From Amphiscolops sp. MND2022 (lineage: Eukaryota), in the NCBI GenBank assembly GCA_964187785.1, contig OZ076413.1:48362001-48426000 (forward strand): DNA of 64,000 nt, written 5' to 3'. Positions 50,812-63,767 of this stretch are shown here, piece by piece (the first letter of the stretch is position 1; every line of letters begins with the position of its first letter). Position numbers and translations under genes: made by a program. The notes under the pieces are model-generated. The model worked only from the letters and a program-made list of their open reading frames with translations, was not told the DNA's origin and did no database searches.

Positions 50812-53800
50812 TTGCGATTCCAATATGTTTTACACGAGCTTGAGCACTTCCAACAAACAGTCCACGAGAACCCTCGAATAACGCATAACGAGAAAACTAG
50901 AGCCTTAATTGAAAACTGGCTAATGAATGATGGCACCAACCATCCAGTGTTCCCAAACCCCTTGGGAACCGAGAACCCTAAAAGTAATACTGAAGCAATT
51001 CCACAATCTCTGTTGGATCAGAAACAATTTCAAAATATTCTCATAACCAAAGACGGTGAACCAGACTGTATATCACTTTCGACTACCATCAACCTCGAAT
51101 GCAAGAAACGCATGCTGCATTTCCCATTGGACTTTGGTGAATTTACCATGAACGGCCTAATCGACAGTGAGGCGTTATCCAGTGCAATTCCTGAAATGGA
51201 CCTCCGGAAACTCCGACTTCTCTCTCCACAATCTGTTATCCGAAAAGGTCCGCTTCCGAATTTTCAAATATTTGTCGCAAATGGACAATTAGAGACCCCT
51301 AAGAGTACAATAGGCCACAAACTTGAGGTTGGTGACATAGAGTTCCACGAGGTCTTCATTGTCATGGAGAACCTAGCGGGACCAATCATTGGACTGTGGT
51401 TCCTGCAGAGAAATCATACAGTTTTGGATATGAGACAAGGCATTCGGAACTTTCCGTTCTTTTGCAGCCTAAACTTTTCCGATGCAGCTTAAAGCAGATG
51501 ACCACCGATACTCTAACGTCCTTGAGCCAATCCTCAATCCAACAGAAATCACCATTCCGCCAAATGATCGAGTCCTATATGGGACAAAGTCCTTACTGTA
51601 TCCTGAGAATGCTGCCACTGGCACACTTCAACCGAGCGACCTTCTGCACGAAGAGGGCGATTTTACCTTTTGCCCAGCACTGGTTACACTGAGCGAAGGC
51701 AATATCCAAATACCAGTGAATAACTTCTCAGATCACCCTAATAAACTCAAGAAAGGATTACATATTACCAACTTTTCTGTAATGACGCCAGAACAAAAAT
51801 ATGTTAAACCGGTTGACCCAGCCTCTACCTGGCACCTGCTACAAAATGACCAAAAACGGGCGGCCCATTACGTTAGTAGCTTGATCAAAACAAACAAAAA
51901 TCCACAACATCCCGAAAATTATTGGTTTCCTACCCCAGAAAACCCAGGAAATCCCGATGAACACACACCCATTCAGAAACGAATTCTGCTCGAACTACGG
52001 GCACTACAGGAACTAGAGGCCCTCGATCCCACGAAAGATGAAGAATCTAGGGGGAAATTCTTGGAAAACTTTGACTGGCAAGATTCCACCCTTGAGCTTG
52101 ATGAAATAGCGCTAATTGAGGAATTATTTGTGGAATTTCATGATTTCTTTGCAAGACACCGATTTGACATCGGAATGAATGAAGAATTCAAAGTGAAATT
52201 GACACCTAAAGACGACTCCCCAGCGTACAGCCAGAATCTCTCTGCAGCAATTAACCTGAAAGAGGACATCCTGGTTGAATTGGCCATGCTACATAGATAT
52301 GGCTTTGTTACTACACTTCCATTTTCGAAAAATGCGAGCCCGATATTTGCCCAGGAAAAACCAAATTGAAAACTTCGTCTACTGGTTGACTTGAACAAAA
52401 TCAAGAAAAATATTCTCGAATGATTATATAAACAACAATCACCCTGTCAGTACCCTAGTCGATGCTGCCCAACACAAAGCAGGCAAGAACTCTTTTGTAA
52501 ACTGGACTGTTCGCAGGCATATCATTGCCTACAGATGGCTGACCAAAGATCAATTGAGATGTTGGCCTTCACTTTCGCTAGCCGCACATTGCCTATAGAC
52601 GTTTGGCACAAGGCCTTAGCCGGGCACTGTCTGAATTTTCGAGCGTTATGAGCTAATACCTTGATAAAGTCATCAAAGCGGATCAGTGTGCCCAGTACAT
52701 GGACAATATCGTCATCGCAGTCAAAGATGCAGATCACCTCATCGCCTACCTGAGAGCATATTTCAAGTGAATTCAAGAAGCCGGCCTTAAATCGACAATG
52801 CACAAAAATTACTTCGGTGCAACAAAAATTGATTTTCTCGGACAAACCATTACCCCACAAGGCGTCAAACCCCAAAAACAGAATGTACAACACTTTCTAA
52901 AACAAAAAACAAATTTCCGAAGTCAAAGAAGGCTTAGCAACGTTACTTGGGATTTTTGAACTACTACCGAAACTATGTCCCAAGACTCTCCAAGCGCCTT
53001 GCTTCGTTCTACAAGATGCTGAAAAGTGACTAAAAAGTAATAGTATCAAAAGAATTGGTTCAACAGTTTGAGTAAATCAACAGAGCACTTGACAAATGTT
53101 GCGACCTAGCCCTACAGCAACCACTACCCAACAAAAAAACTGCACTGATGAAAGATGCGCGTTTTGGGGCCACAGGATACGCAGTCCTAATTGAAAATGA
53201 TACGAAACAGAAATTCACATCAATTCGCAAATCATATCCATCGGTCGCTTATGGTTCAAAAACCTTCACCCCAGCGAAAATAAAGATGTCCATCTACGCA
53301 AAAGATTTTCTTGCATTTTATTCCGCATTCAAAGAATTCGAGCATAATTTCTGGGGTGCGCCGAAACCGGTCATTATCCTAACTGACAATAAAGCTGTGA
53401 CGCGATTTTTTCAAACAAATTTGTACCCCTAGCCCTGTGGAACGCTTGTGACTATGTCCCGAAGGACAAACTTGTCATGAAGATCAGAGAGGACGTACGA
53501 ACTGTCCCGATTGACATCAATGTCCAATCAGCCGGTGTGTCACAAGAAAAACAAATCTTCTACACAAATGACGAATATGAAACTGAGGAACAAAATTGGG
53601 CGAGGAAAGAAGCAATTCGGAAAAATCCCGCCGTAGAAGAACCTTACAAACTCTCTATACAAACTTGGTCTGACAGCAACCCGAAGTACAGGTACTACGG
53701 AAGACGAACCAGAACATTTTTGGGCAATTCAAGGACGCAGTGTTACAGCATTTGAAGGCAATACTCGTCATGAGGAATATTCAGAAAACTTACTGCGGAT

Positions 53801-55000
53801 GACCGATATAGACACTACGCAAACAATTTAGAACGAAGTATAGTCAAGGAGGACACCCTGACAAGGCATTACTTCGATGAGACAGGGAATGTGAAATACC
53901 ATCAGATCCTTCTTCCGCAACACCTACTCCATGAACTACTACAGTCCTTTCACGGGACGGCTCACAAGCACCCGGGAATATCAAAGATGTTACAGGAGAT
54001 CAGACAGAGGTATTACTACCCTAGCATGGCGAAATATGTTTAAAAGTGTGTAGAAGGGTGCGAACAATGCGCAAAGGACAAACGCGTCCCTGATGCAACG
54101 ATCACACCTGAGCTACCTAAATTGTCGGAATGGGACTTGGGCCCCGAAGACGCTATGTAGATCGACTTACTACCGAACTTTCCCCCAAGTGGAGGATATG
54201 AAAACGTTCGAATTGCAATTAATGTCTTCTCTCAATATCTGTTCGTCTATCCTCTTACGGACGCATCGGCAATCAATGTAGCTAAAGTTATCATTGACAT
54301 CATTTCCAAACATGCGTATTTACCAACAACGCTCATAACCGATAACGGAACCGCATTTACGTCCACGATTATTGCGGAAAATTTACAGGTTTCGGGAATT
54401 ACACTCAAATGTGCAACGACCAAGCACCCGCAAACGATCGGGAAATTGGAGCGAACACATGCTTCACTCGCAACAAATCTCAAGATGGCATGTGGTGAAC
54501 ATCAACTACGATGGCATAAATACTTGCCGCAGTTCTCAATCACCACACAAGTTATGATACCAGCATCGGTTGTGAACCAACAAGAGTATTCCAAGGAATA
54601 ATTCCACACAATATCTTTGATCACAAGCTGGGAAACAATCCAAACAAATAGATCACTCTAACGACCGAATTTGCAGAATCGGACAAAAATCCTGATAGAT
54701 AAAACAAAGCAAAATATAATGCAATCATACATCAAATACAAGGAGTACTATGATCGCAAAGCGAAAGCTGCTCCACTGAAGGATGGTGACTACTGTTTTG
54801 TATTGCAGCCGAAAGTGGATCATCAATTATCTAAAAACCCATTTAGAGATTACCGTTGGGTTGCACCATTTATAGTCCAGAAAGTATTACCTAACGAGAA
54901 CTACATGGTACGACGGCTCAATGCACATAAAGCTCAAATATTGCATCGAATTCGCCCCTAAAAAGTTTGTTCCCAATCAACCGCTTGAGGATAGTTACAG
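50812..55000 (+). pseudogene. pol: pol of element E
   Basis: LIDSEA protease, RT and RNase H (ILTDNKAV), integrase TDNG / GKLER and C-terminal WVAPF; many stops. Confidence 0.92.
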
Positions 55001-55002
55001 AG

Positions 55003-55612
55003 CGGATGTGTCAAGGTTTACGTAGCTGTGTTTATATGTTTTGCTTCAAAAGCAGTTCATCTAGAGGCAGTATCATCATTGACGTCAGATGCGGTTAAAG
55101 TAGCTCTAAGACGATTCACTGCAAGACGTGGCATTCCCAATCAAATTGTGTCTGATAATGCAACCAACTTCGTGGGCGCAAGGCGGGACCTCAACAAGTT
55201 GGATATAGAGGTCCGCGCAGGGGCACAATCATACAGCAGCATTGAATGGCACTTCATTCCTCCTCGCACACCCAATTTCGGTGGACTGTGGGAAGCAGCA
55301 GTGAAGTCGATGAAGGACCACTTGCGCAGAGTCATGGGCAATTCCATTCTCAACTACAAGGAGAGGACAACTATTCTTCGCCAAATTGAACAAGTATTGA
55401 ACAATCGTCCACTGATGGCTCTCACAAACAACCCAAATGATATCTTTGCTTGTCAATGGCAGCCGATTGGATGCCATCCCGCAACCCAGTCTGCAGAAGA
55501 TGGATGCCCGAGGGCATCCAGCAAAACAATTTCGCAGTCTTCAACAGCTACTCTCTCAACTTTGGAAGCGATGGTCTTCTGAGTATGTTGCATCACTCCA
55601 ACCTCGAAACAA
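55003..55612 (+). mobile_element. BEL/Pao integrase fragment
   Basis: FICFASKAVHLEAV, RRFTARRG, SDNATNFVG, WHFIPPRTPNFGGLWEAAVKSMK, W..EY..L.PR.K. Confidence 0.92.
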
Positions 55613-57408
55613 GCACAACTAACCTTGGACAAGACAGGAGACTCCAAGCCCAGTCTTCTGTGTGGGACCTACCTAGCGATACCATCAAGCCCCGAAGCAC
55701 TGAGGAGAGGTCTATTCTTCCAAAGATGCTGTAACTAGGCTTATGGAGCAACCTGGCTAGTGACATTTGGTCGGAGCGGAAACAGCATTGGAAGCCTTTT
55801 GTGAATCCAGCTGCCTTATCAATTGTTCGTACAAGATCAGCGGGACACCCGGAAACAGCGACAATGTCGGCCTTAGTGGACACAACGGTTAACAGTCGGA
55901 ATAAGGATCCCAGGTCTCCAGTCAAATCACTCGTTGGGAGACCACTGCGACAAAACAGGACCTTGCACAATTCAGTTCCTTTCAAAAAGTGCATGGACAT
56001 GAATCGGTTGCATTCGAAATCTTCGAACTCGACATATCGACAGAGAAGCACTGTTCAGCTGTCACATGTTCAGCTAAGTCGTCCAGAATGCAGACGAAAT
56101 AGTGTTGGGATGTGGCCTGGGAACAAAACAAGGATACGTTGAGGATGGGAAGGATAGAATACATTGCAAACGCTATCTTAACTGCAGTTTGCAAACTATC
56201 AAGAATTAGCCTAAGACTAAAAGCCAGTTTGAATGGGTTAGTACTTACCGTCAATTTTTCTGCCCCCAGTCAAAATCGCAGAAGGTGGCCTGATAGTTGG
56301 TGTAAGAACCGACCCGCGACCACTAGTTCCGGAGCAGCAGGAGATCTCCTTGACTTTGGACGTAATCGCCTACTAGACACAGTTGAGCCTGAGCCCTCGA
56401 TTCTGGTGTCACTAGTGCTGTGGTACTGCCCTTGATAAAGTCATGGTAGAAAGGGAAGCGTTCACCAATATCTACCAAATCTGCATGGATGAACTTAGGG
56501 AGTTCCTTCGCCAATTCTATTTTGGTCAAAACATTCCCATTTCTTCCACAAACTTGATGCTGGACTTTGCCGGATACTGGATCTACGCTCTTCAGATGTT
56601 CGTATCGCCATCTCTGGTCTTTCCTGAGATGCTTCTCACTGCGGTGATGTCTCAGTATCTCTTGGGTGCCTTTAGTCCTCAATGAAAAATTCTTTTTACA
56701 AATATGGCACCAGATCATAAGGGATGATGCAGAGGGTCTGCAGGCCCTGATATGAATGGCCTCGTCCAGCCAATCTTGGAGAAGAACTCCCACTTAGGGA
56801 AGTTGAATACTCGCTCGAGTCCCCTACCGCGGTCACATCCACATTTTCAGATTCAGCAGTTGACTCAGTTCCAGTTCCTTCACTGCTGGAATCTCCCTCA
56901 CTCGCTCGTCGTGAGGTTTGGGCCCTGGCCTTGTTCTTGAAATGGGCTGTACGAGAAGGGGCAACTGCAGGTCTCCCTTTTACGGCGTTTAGAACCATCT
57001 GCTCCATGGTAGTAAATGAATGGCTAAATGTCTCATCAGTGAGGATTCGCAGCAAGTGGTATAAATGCGACTCCGTAAATGCAAGTTGGGTGTCCTAGGG
57101 GAAAAGAAAAAAGCCGTGCATCATCGAAATACTGTTTAAGGAGAGCTCTGCTTCGGCCAGAGAGATCATGTCTTCGACCCACAGTTACAGAAGAAACGGA
57201 GGCTGTAGGACCAGAAGGACCAGCTATTCGCACTTCGAAGCCTGACTCGTCCCCACCTTCGGTTCCAGATTCGAGGTGTTGTAACCCTGCGGTGAATGCA
57301 GTCCGGTAATCAAAACGGTTCATTTTGTCACCAGTTTTCTCTCCTCCACTCTGTTGAGCTAAGTTCATGTTCTTGCCCTTTCCCCCTGGTAGCGAGGGAA
57401 CATCATAT
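55613..57408 (-). pseudogene. Antisense BED-finger / hAT-like gene remnant of E
   Basis: WCHICKKNFSLRTKGTQEILRHHRSEKHL; FPLGHP; SIFGRIDLSSVL; donor GTAAGT at 56248, likely acceptor CCCAG at 56117. Confidence 0.78.
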
Positions 57409-57967
57409 TGTGATGATCGGCCTTCTCATGTCTGTTTTCATTTATAATGATGGATTCATCCAATGTGTTTTCAGTAATCCCAAGGGGAGTGTATGGTTGT
57501 CTTAATTCACTCATTTCAGATGGATAGAACCGATCATCCTGATTCTTATTTTTGTCTAGAGCTGTGTTTGATGCGTGTTTGTTTCTGAGACCCTTATTTT
57601 TAGAGTTAGAAGGACCAGGTTGGTTATTCTCGGCATCCTCCTCATCAGTTATTACTATGTAGTTTTTGTTTGTTCTAATCTCCTTAAGTATCTCCTCAAA
57701 TTTGTTGTTTAGATGCTCTTCAATCTGCGACATCTTGTCGTTGTTCTGTTCTGTTAGTCTTTGCGAAATAACTTCTATCTCATTGCTTATTTGAGACGGT
57801 TCTGTTAGTTCACTGCCTAAGTTCCTGTCAAAAATATTGTTAACATTTTCAGAAGCATTATTTAAAGTCGCATTACCTTGTGCGAAACTAGTTTCTGGTG
57901 TATTTTCGTCTCTGTCTGAAGACTGAGATGTAGTTCTTCTTGTCCTTCTATTCCTCCTGTTCCCCAT
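57409..57967 (-). CDS. LTR-encoded gag N-terminal segment (186 open codons, basic start and coiled-coil-like region)
   Basis: MGNRRNRRTRR...KMSQIEEHLNNKFEEILKEIR...DHH; runs off the LTR end into E sequence. Confidence 0.65.
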
Positions 57968-58339
57968 GTTGAAAACAGTTTTGATTGAAGAAAATCTTTG
58001 AATTTCAAAGATATAGGGTGAAATGAAAGTTGGGAATTATTTTACAGAAAAGAGAACTGTATATTCAGAAACTGCAAAGTTATTTGGGTTTGAATTTGAA
58101 CAACTGTTCTGTTCGAGTGTTATGTTGCGAATGTTCGTGGAAAAAATGATTTTTAAGGGGGTCCTTCTCAAGTGATTTTATTGGGCGGTATTTTTAGTTG
58201 CATGACCATCAAATTTACTCAAATCATCATAACGTCATATATCTAGGGTCAAATGTTAAAAATATTATATTACGTCAGACTCCTGGAAGGTCTAAATATA
58301 GCACTGGGACTCACAACAGCATAGCACTAAGAATTCTGC

Positions 58340-58830
58340 AAATTATGCTGTTTTACATCATAATGTAGTATATGCAGTCTCATGAAATCCTCATAATGCA
58401 GTATAATTCTACCAACTGAAATAAGAATCATTATGCTGTTTTTCAGATAAAACTTCATACTGTTTTTGTCAGGTTTCCGCATATGCTGCTCCCGTATTGA
58501 AACGTCATGCTGTTTCCACGGGATTTCCGCCTATGCTGTTTCCAATCTGAACCGTCATGCTGTTTCTGCTAGATTTCCGCATATGCTGTTTTTAACTCAA
58601 GTCGTCATGCTGTTTTTGTTGAATTTCCGCATAATGCAACACAAAGCATGAACTACACTGCGCATATAATCATTATGCTGTTTCTTTAATAAAACCGCAT
58701 ATGCTGTTTCTTTAATAAAACCGCATATGCTGCTTCATGAAAACCGCATAATGCCGCATAATCAGTATCAAATAGATGTACTAGATCATTATGCTGGTTT
58801 CTAAATGAATCATCATACTGTTTTTGATCA
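58340..58830. repeat. Cluster of ATGCTGTTT...CCGCAT imperfect palindromic motifs
   Basis: Exact 26-bp doublet ATGCTGTTTCTTTAATAAAACCGCAT at 58675-58726; the motif recurs at 60720-61040 and 63900-63995. Confidence 0.85.
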
Positions 58831-59186
58831 TTTTCTTCATGATCGAACTACAAACGCTCTGATGTGGTACAGATATATAAGACCATTGGATTTAATTCCT
58901 TTCTATGATTTAGGATGGTAAAACAAAGGTTTAATACTGTATTGGTAACTTAGGTGTTACCTTTCCAGTTATTTTTCAATTAATCAAAGCACCTTATGGG
59001 TGAAACAATAACAACAGTAACGACATTCAGCAATCATCATTTTAGATGAAATGTACAAACGAAAGCAACATTTTATTAAACGAACAATAACCAACATCGT
59101 TTAAGTTTAAAATTTGAAATGTTCATTGAGTTCCTGTCCATATTCGGGTAGACAGCTACGATGATGGGTAAACAGCGTTGACTGCT

Positions 59187-60152
59187 TCACTGATGTTGCA
59201 CCCCGGACATCTCGCACGGGTAGGTCGGCGACAGTCCAGCATTTTTGAAGCAGATCAGCGCTGCTCCAAACCCATCAACAAATGCTCTTGACCTCACATT
59301 GCGATCGCGAATTGTTTCGTCAGGATATTCGGACCACGCAACATAATGAGTGAGCGTCTCGACGGCGATTTGGTCATAAGTTTTGGAACAGCCTGCACAA
59401 AAGCCTGCCACTTCAGGCATCACTGGAGGGTTCATTTGCAATATGGGTCCGTTAGGTGGTCCCTGAGACTGAAACTGAGCTTGACCATTGAAGTGTTGTT
59501 GAGGACGTGTAATATTGTTCCAATTATTTGGGTAAAATGGAACGGGCATAGGTAAGTAATTTGCTTGCATAGATGGGTGTGCTTGTATTTCTGGAGCCCT
59601 TCGTTGCTCGGGTATTACTACTGAGAAGGCGCTCCTGTTGCTTGGCACAAGAGGGGGATTTACTGTCTCCCTTGTCACTTGAGGGGTTCTGACCATGGGT
59701 TGTACCCTTTGAACTGGGCGGCCATAGCTGTTCCTTCCATTCTGCTCCACATTAGCGAAATTGGCACCAAAGAACGGATCATCTTCTTCTGAAGATGAAC
59801 CGATAAAAGTCAGGGAGGATATATTAGATATATCATCCATGAGGTCCATTAGCTCGTTCTCAATCTGGGAGCCCCTGGTATCGATTTGTTGGCCAACACT
59901 TCCTTGTGGATTGACACTGTTAGGGAATAGCATTGCACCTGCTGCCCCCATAAAGGCTGTGGACATGTCGGTTAGAGGGTATGGGGCAGTTCTAAATCTT
60001 TCATCGAGGTCATTCACTGAGAGGGGTTGTCACACATCGAGGTCATTCACCATAAATTCCTCTCCCGAACTGCTCGAAATGTTGATCAGATCCACCTCAT
60101 GGTTCATCGGGTCAGTTCTACTAGCGATGGAGTTTTGTGGTGTGCTTTCCAT
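59187..60152 (-). CDS. ORF-X of G (322 codons, one in-frame TGA at 60030-60032)
   Basis: Low-complexity N-terminus; C-terminal GFCAGCSKTYDQIAVETLTHYVAWSEYPDETIRDRNVRSRAFVDGF; TGA sits in a short local duplication of GTGAATGACCTCGATG. Confidence 0.72.
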
Positions 60153-61499
60153 TGTTTGATTTTAGATTTATTTGGTTCCAGCCAAGTTTCAAGAAATTTA
60201 GCACAATATGATCATCAAATTCTCAAGGAATTTGTCAAATGGAAAGAAGAAAATAAGCAACTAATTTTTGGAGATTTTTGATCAGAATGATAAGATTTTA
60301 TAGTTTTTTATTGGGTTACGGGGGTTTTCTTACAAATAGCACCAAAACATATCTCGAATTACCCATTTCCCGGGTTTTCAGGTAATTTATCATGAGATAT
60401 GAGGGGAATAGCACCGGTAAAATTGTTAATATCATATAAACAATCATCCTATTCTGAAATTCTCTTTTCAATTTCTTTCATGTTCCGATTGCCGTCTTCA
60501 CATTCCGTCTGGTTTATTTTAATTGCTCATAATTAAATATACCGTAGGTTCATTCAGGTTTATCAAAGTGAAAGTTTTCACACCTTCTTTTGACGAACCA
60601 ATTTGATTCATATTTTCATCAGCACGTGACATATAATATAAAACAAATAGTCATTTGCATTATACGCCGCATACTGAAATCATCACAATGCATCATAATT
60701 CTATCCATCAGTTCTATTATCGTTATGCTGTTTGTCATTATGCATCATTATGCAGTTCGTTATGCTGCTCATCATTCTTTTCCGCATAACCATCTTATGC
60801 TGTTTTCTGCAGTTCACCGCACAATGTGACGAACCATTATGCTGGTTTATCACTGTATCCGCGTGAAGCTGTCATCCTGTCTGCCATGTTGTTTCAGTCT
60901 CTTTTTACTTTCATGTACTGTTCAACTGTGATATCCAAATAACTATATTATGCTGTTTTGTAAACTTTCCGCATAACAGCATCACGCTGCTTTGTAAATT
61001 TTCCGCATAATCCAATTCCTGCGTGTTAACAGCGTATGCATATTAACTTGGTCATACTGGCAGATATTTCCAAGCCGCATACACTCTCTCAGCCAATCAG
61101 ATTCAAGGTGAATTGTGTATATTGTGAAATTGACGTCATTCATTTGCTTTATTGCCTTCATGTTATTTGCCACGCCTTCCAAGTTTGTTTCTTCTTTGAT
61201 TCACATATTGTCTCAAGTTTCTGAGTCTTTATCTTTTCACAGTCTTTGTGTTTTCATAGTCTTTCCTTCGTCGTTTAACAGTCTCACGAGGATTTTTACT
61301 TCAATCTTCTTCTACTTCCTTTATTTCTTTTAGTTTCATCGTTTGTCAAATTTATTTACAGTTTTCGTCTTTTCCAAACCTCCATTCTTCTTCATTTACC
61401 AGTTGCAATCGCTTTTCGAGTGCTGATGCTTCTCGTTATTGAAATTTGGATTTACCACAAAGGGGTTTCAATTTCTATTCTGTGGAAACTTATTCTACA

Positions 61500-63767
61500 A
61501 TGGAAGGGAAAGAGGCCGGCCAAGAAAGAAGTGAAGAGCCAACACAAGGTCTGTATTTTTGAGATTCTTTCCGTCCAACTTAATTAAAATAGGGCGAAGA
61601 TTTGGTTTCACACAATCATCGGAGGTTCTTTTGAATATCCTGTTCCGATTGTTGAACAAATTTCGGTTTTCACCAACTATCCGCAGGTTGAATTCCGGAT
61701 TTCCTGTTTCAAGTCGTGAATAATTTTTTCGAACTAGCTAGTCCTGTTTGTTTAAAGTGAGAGTTGATCAGGCTCCCACTATCTTAAACAGTCAATTCTT
61801 TGGCTGTCCCAATTTTCTATATTTGCTGATTTCATATTTGTTTCAGCTACACTCACTTCTGCTTTTCCGGCTCAAGATCCGCTCTCCACAGCTGATTTCA
61901 CCCCTTTACTTCCCTTTGGTAACCCAACTCATCATTCGACACCAGATCATCAAATGGAATGCAATGAAGGTTCAAAATCTTTTGTCGATGTAGACGGTAT
62001 AAGGCATTCCTTTGATACTAGCATCCATGTTTCAAGTTCTGATGGGCCTCGTAGAGAAACCACTGTTAGCTTTCTTGCATCTGCTTCACGGGATGACACT
62101 AATCCCCAATCCAAAGATGATATTGAACAGTCTTTCTTACATGCTACTGGTCATTCGGAGAAGAACGACCGTGACGTCGGACCAAGTGGATCATCAGAGT
62201 CGATTCCACAAATGGGTAAAACTTGCCTTTCCCCATTTTCCAGTTTTCTCAATCGGACCCCACAGGCAATTACTCCAAGAGCTATATCCCCTGTCGCTCA
62301 AACATCCACCGCAACCGAAGCTGGGCAGCTTACTTCCTCAAGTAACTATGTTACCAGTCTGGACTTGTTGGCGTTAGAACAGCGCATGCAAGTTATGGTT
62401 TCTGAATTGACCACTTCTATTAGTTCAAAGCTTATAGAACAATTTACCGTACCCGCGTCACAGGCTCCTGGGACCTCAACAGGGACGGAAACCAGTGTGA
62501 CGAATATGGAGTCATCCTTGATGGTGTCACCCGCCAGTACAACAGGGGGCCAAACCACACCCCCCGCAGGACATTCTCGCAAAGGGAGAAGACAGACTAG
62601 GGCGAGAGAAAAGAGTACAGCCTGTACTAACCCAGGTGAACGACACTCAGCTTCCAAGCGGCCGCGACCAAGAATGCAATTGACAGGGAGTATGTACAGG
62701 AAACATCCCATCTTCAAGTTCTTCGTAACCGCACCAATTGATTCCACCAACAACCCTCATAAGTGGCGTTGCAGAGTTTGTCATATAGAATTGTCATTGA
62801 AGACTAAAGGTTCTCTCGAAATTCTCTCCCATTATAGAACTGACGCCCATTTAGTCCGTGAACACCGCATCAGGATGGAAACTCCTGGCATGCCACTTTA
62901 CGGAAAAAATGAGTTGGAGCTCACTGGGTCCGATTTAGTTGCGGCACGAGAGAAGGCTGAACTGGAAATTCCCATTGCTCCTATTCTTGGGGAATGTTAC
63001 CTACTTGCTGGACAGCGCAAACTTCCTGTGCCGACTGATGAATTAGACCCAAGCACCACAATATGCTGCCAAATAAGAATTCTGTTGACTGGGTTGAAGT
63101 ATGGCGGTGACTTACATACTCTCACTTCCCTCTGGGGGAATCTCGGGCTTGAAGTCAGAGGGCCGGTCAAGGTGCCTCAATACAGCTGGGATAAAGATCG
63201 CGTTTTTGTAAGTCTCTTCCTATCGTTTTGGTTGTCTTTTTAATTATCATTCTTTTAGGTAACCACATTTCGTTTTCGCAGGGAATCTTAGTCCACATGT
63301 TCCGCACTTTATTGTCTTACTCAGTTACTGCGATTGGTCAGTCGGGTCAATTCTCACTCCAACTTCACTCCAATCAGGATAATTCCCAAGTGGTCTTAAC
63401 TTTCTGGTCTGGAAACGTATTCAACAATCTTTTACTAGCTGAAATCCCAAACAGCCTCATGATTGCGAAGGAAATTCTTCAGATCGTCAGTTCTTTTCTT
63501 GCTGCATTCCCGAGTATACCCCCTCTTTATTCACTCCTTGGCTTTGATGGACGTACCACCAAAACAATCATTACCGAATCCGTTCAGGTACCTACAGTGT
63601 GTGTGGTGCCCACCTTTTCGCACGAAGATTTGGACAAACTGTTAGCTGGACCCACTGTCAAGATCTTGGACCGCTATGATTATCACAGCGTACTGCAGTT
63701 TCTTCTGATGAAGTTGCGAACCGCTTCTGGGTCTACTTGGTTGAACGACCTTCCTGAACTCCGCAAA
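61500..63767 (+). CDS. Antisense spliced BED-finger / hAT-like gene of G: exons 61500-61548, 61847-63207, 63282-63767, continuing beyond the window
   Basis: Both GT-AG introns join in frame without stops; KWRCRVCHIELSLKTKGSLEILSHYRTDAHL; third donor GTAATT at 63768. Confidence 0.8.

Larger units (their letters stand above)
47622..57408 (+). mobile_element. Element E: lineage-2 Gypsy (5' LTR, gag-pol, remnant of the antisense gene), interrupted by a BEL fragment and by element G
   Basis: LTR start matches D (TGTCGCAGGCTGCCGCCTGTGACGG); gag-pol collinear with D. Confidence 0.85.
57409..59233 (-). repeat. 3' LTR of G (1825 bp)
   Basis: Starts TGTCGCCG within ORF-X, ends CATCACA, no PBS follows. 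Confidence 0.68.

Noticed and set aside
57365..57967. Start of a separate element or a host gene
   Set aside because: It terminates at an LTR-type CATCACA with no PBS or capsid following; best read as part of the G 3' LTR.
58340..58830. CRISPR-like repeat-spacer array
   Set aside because: Motifs are short, degenerate and irregularly spaced.
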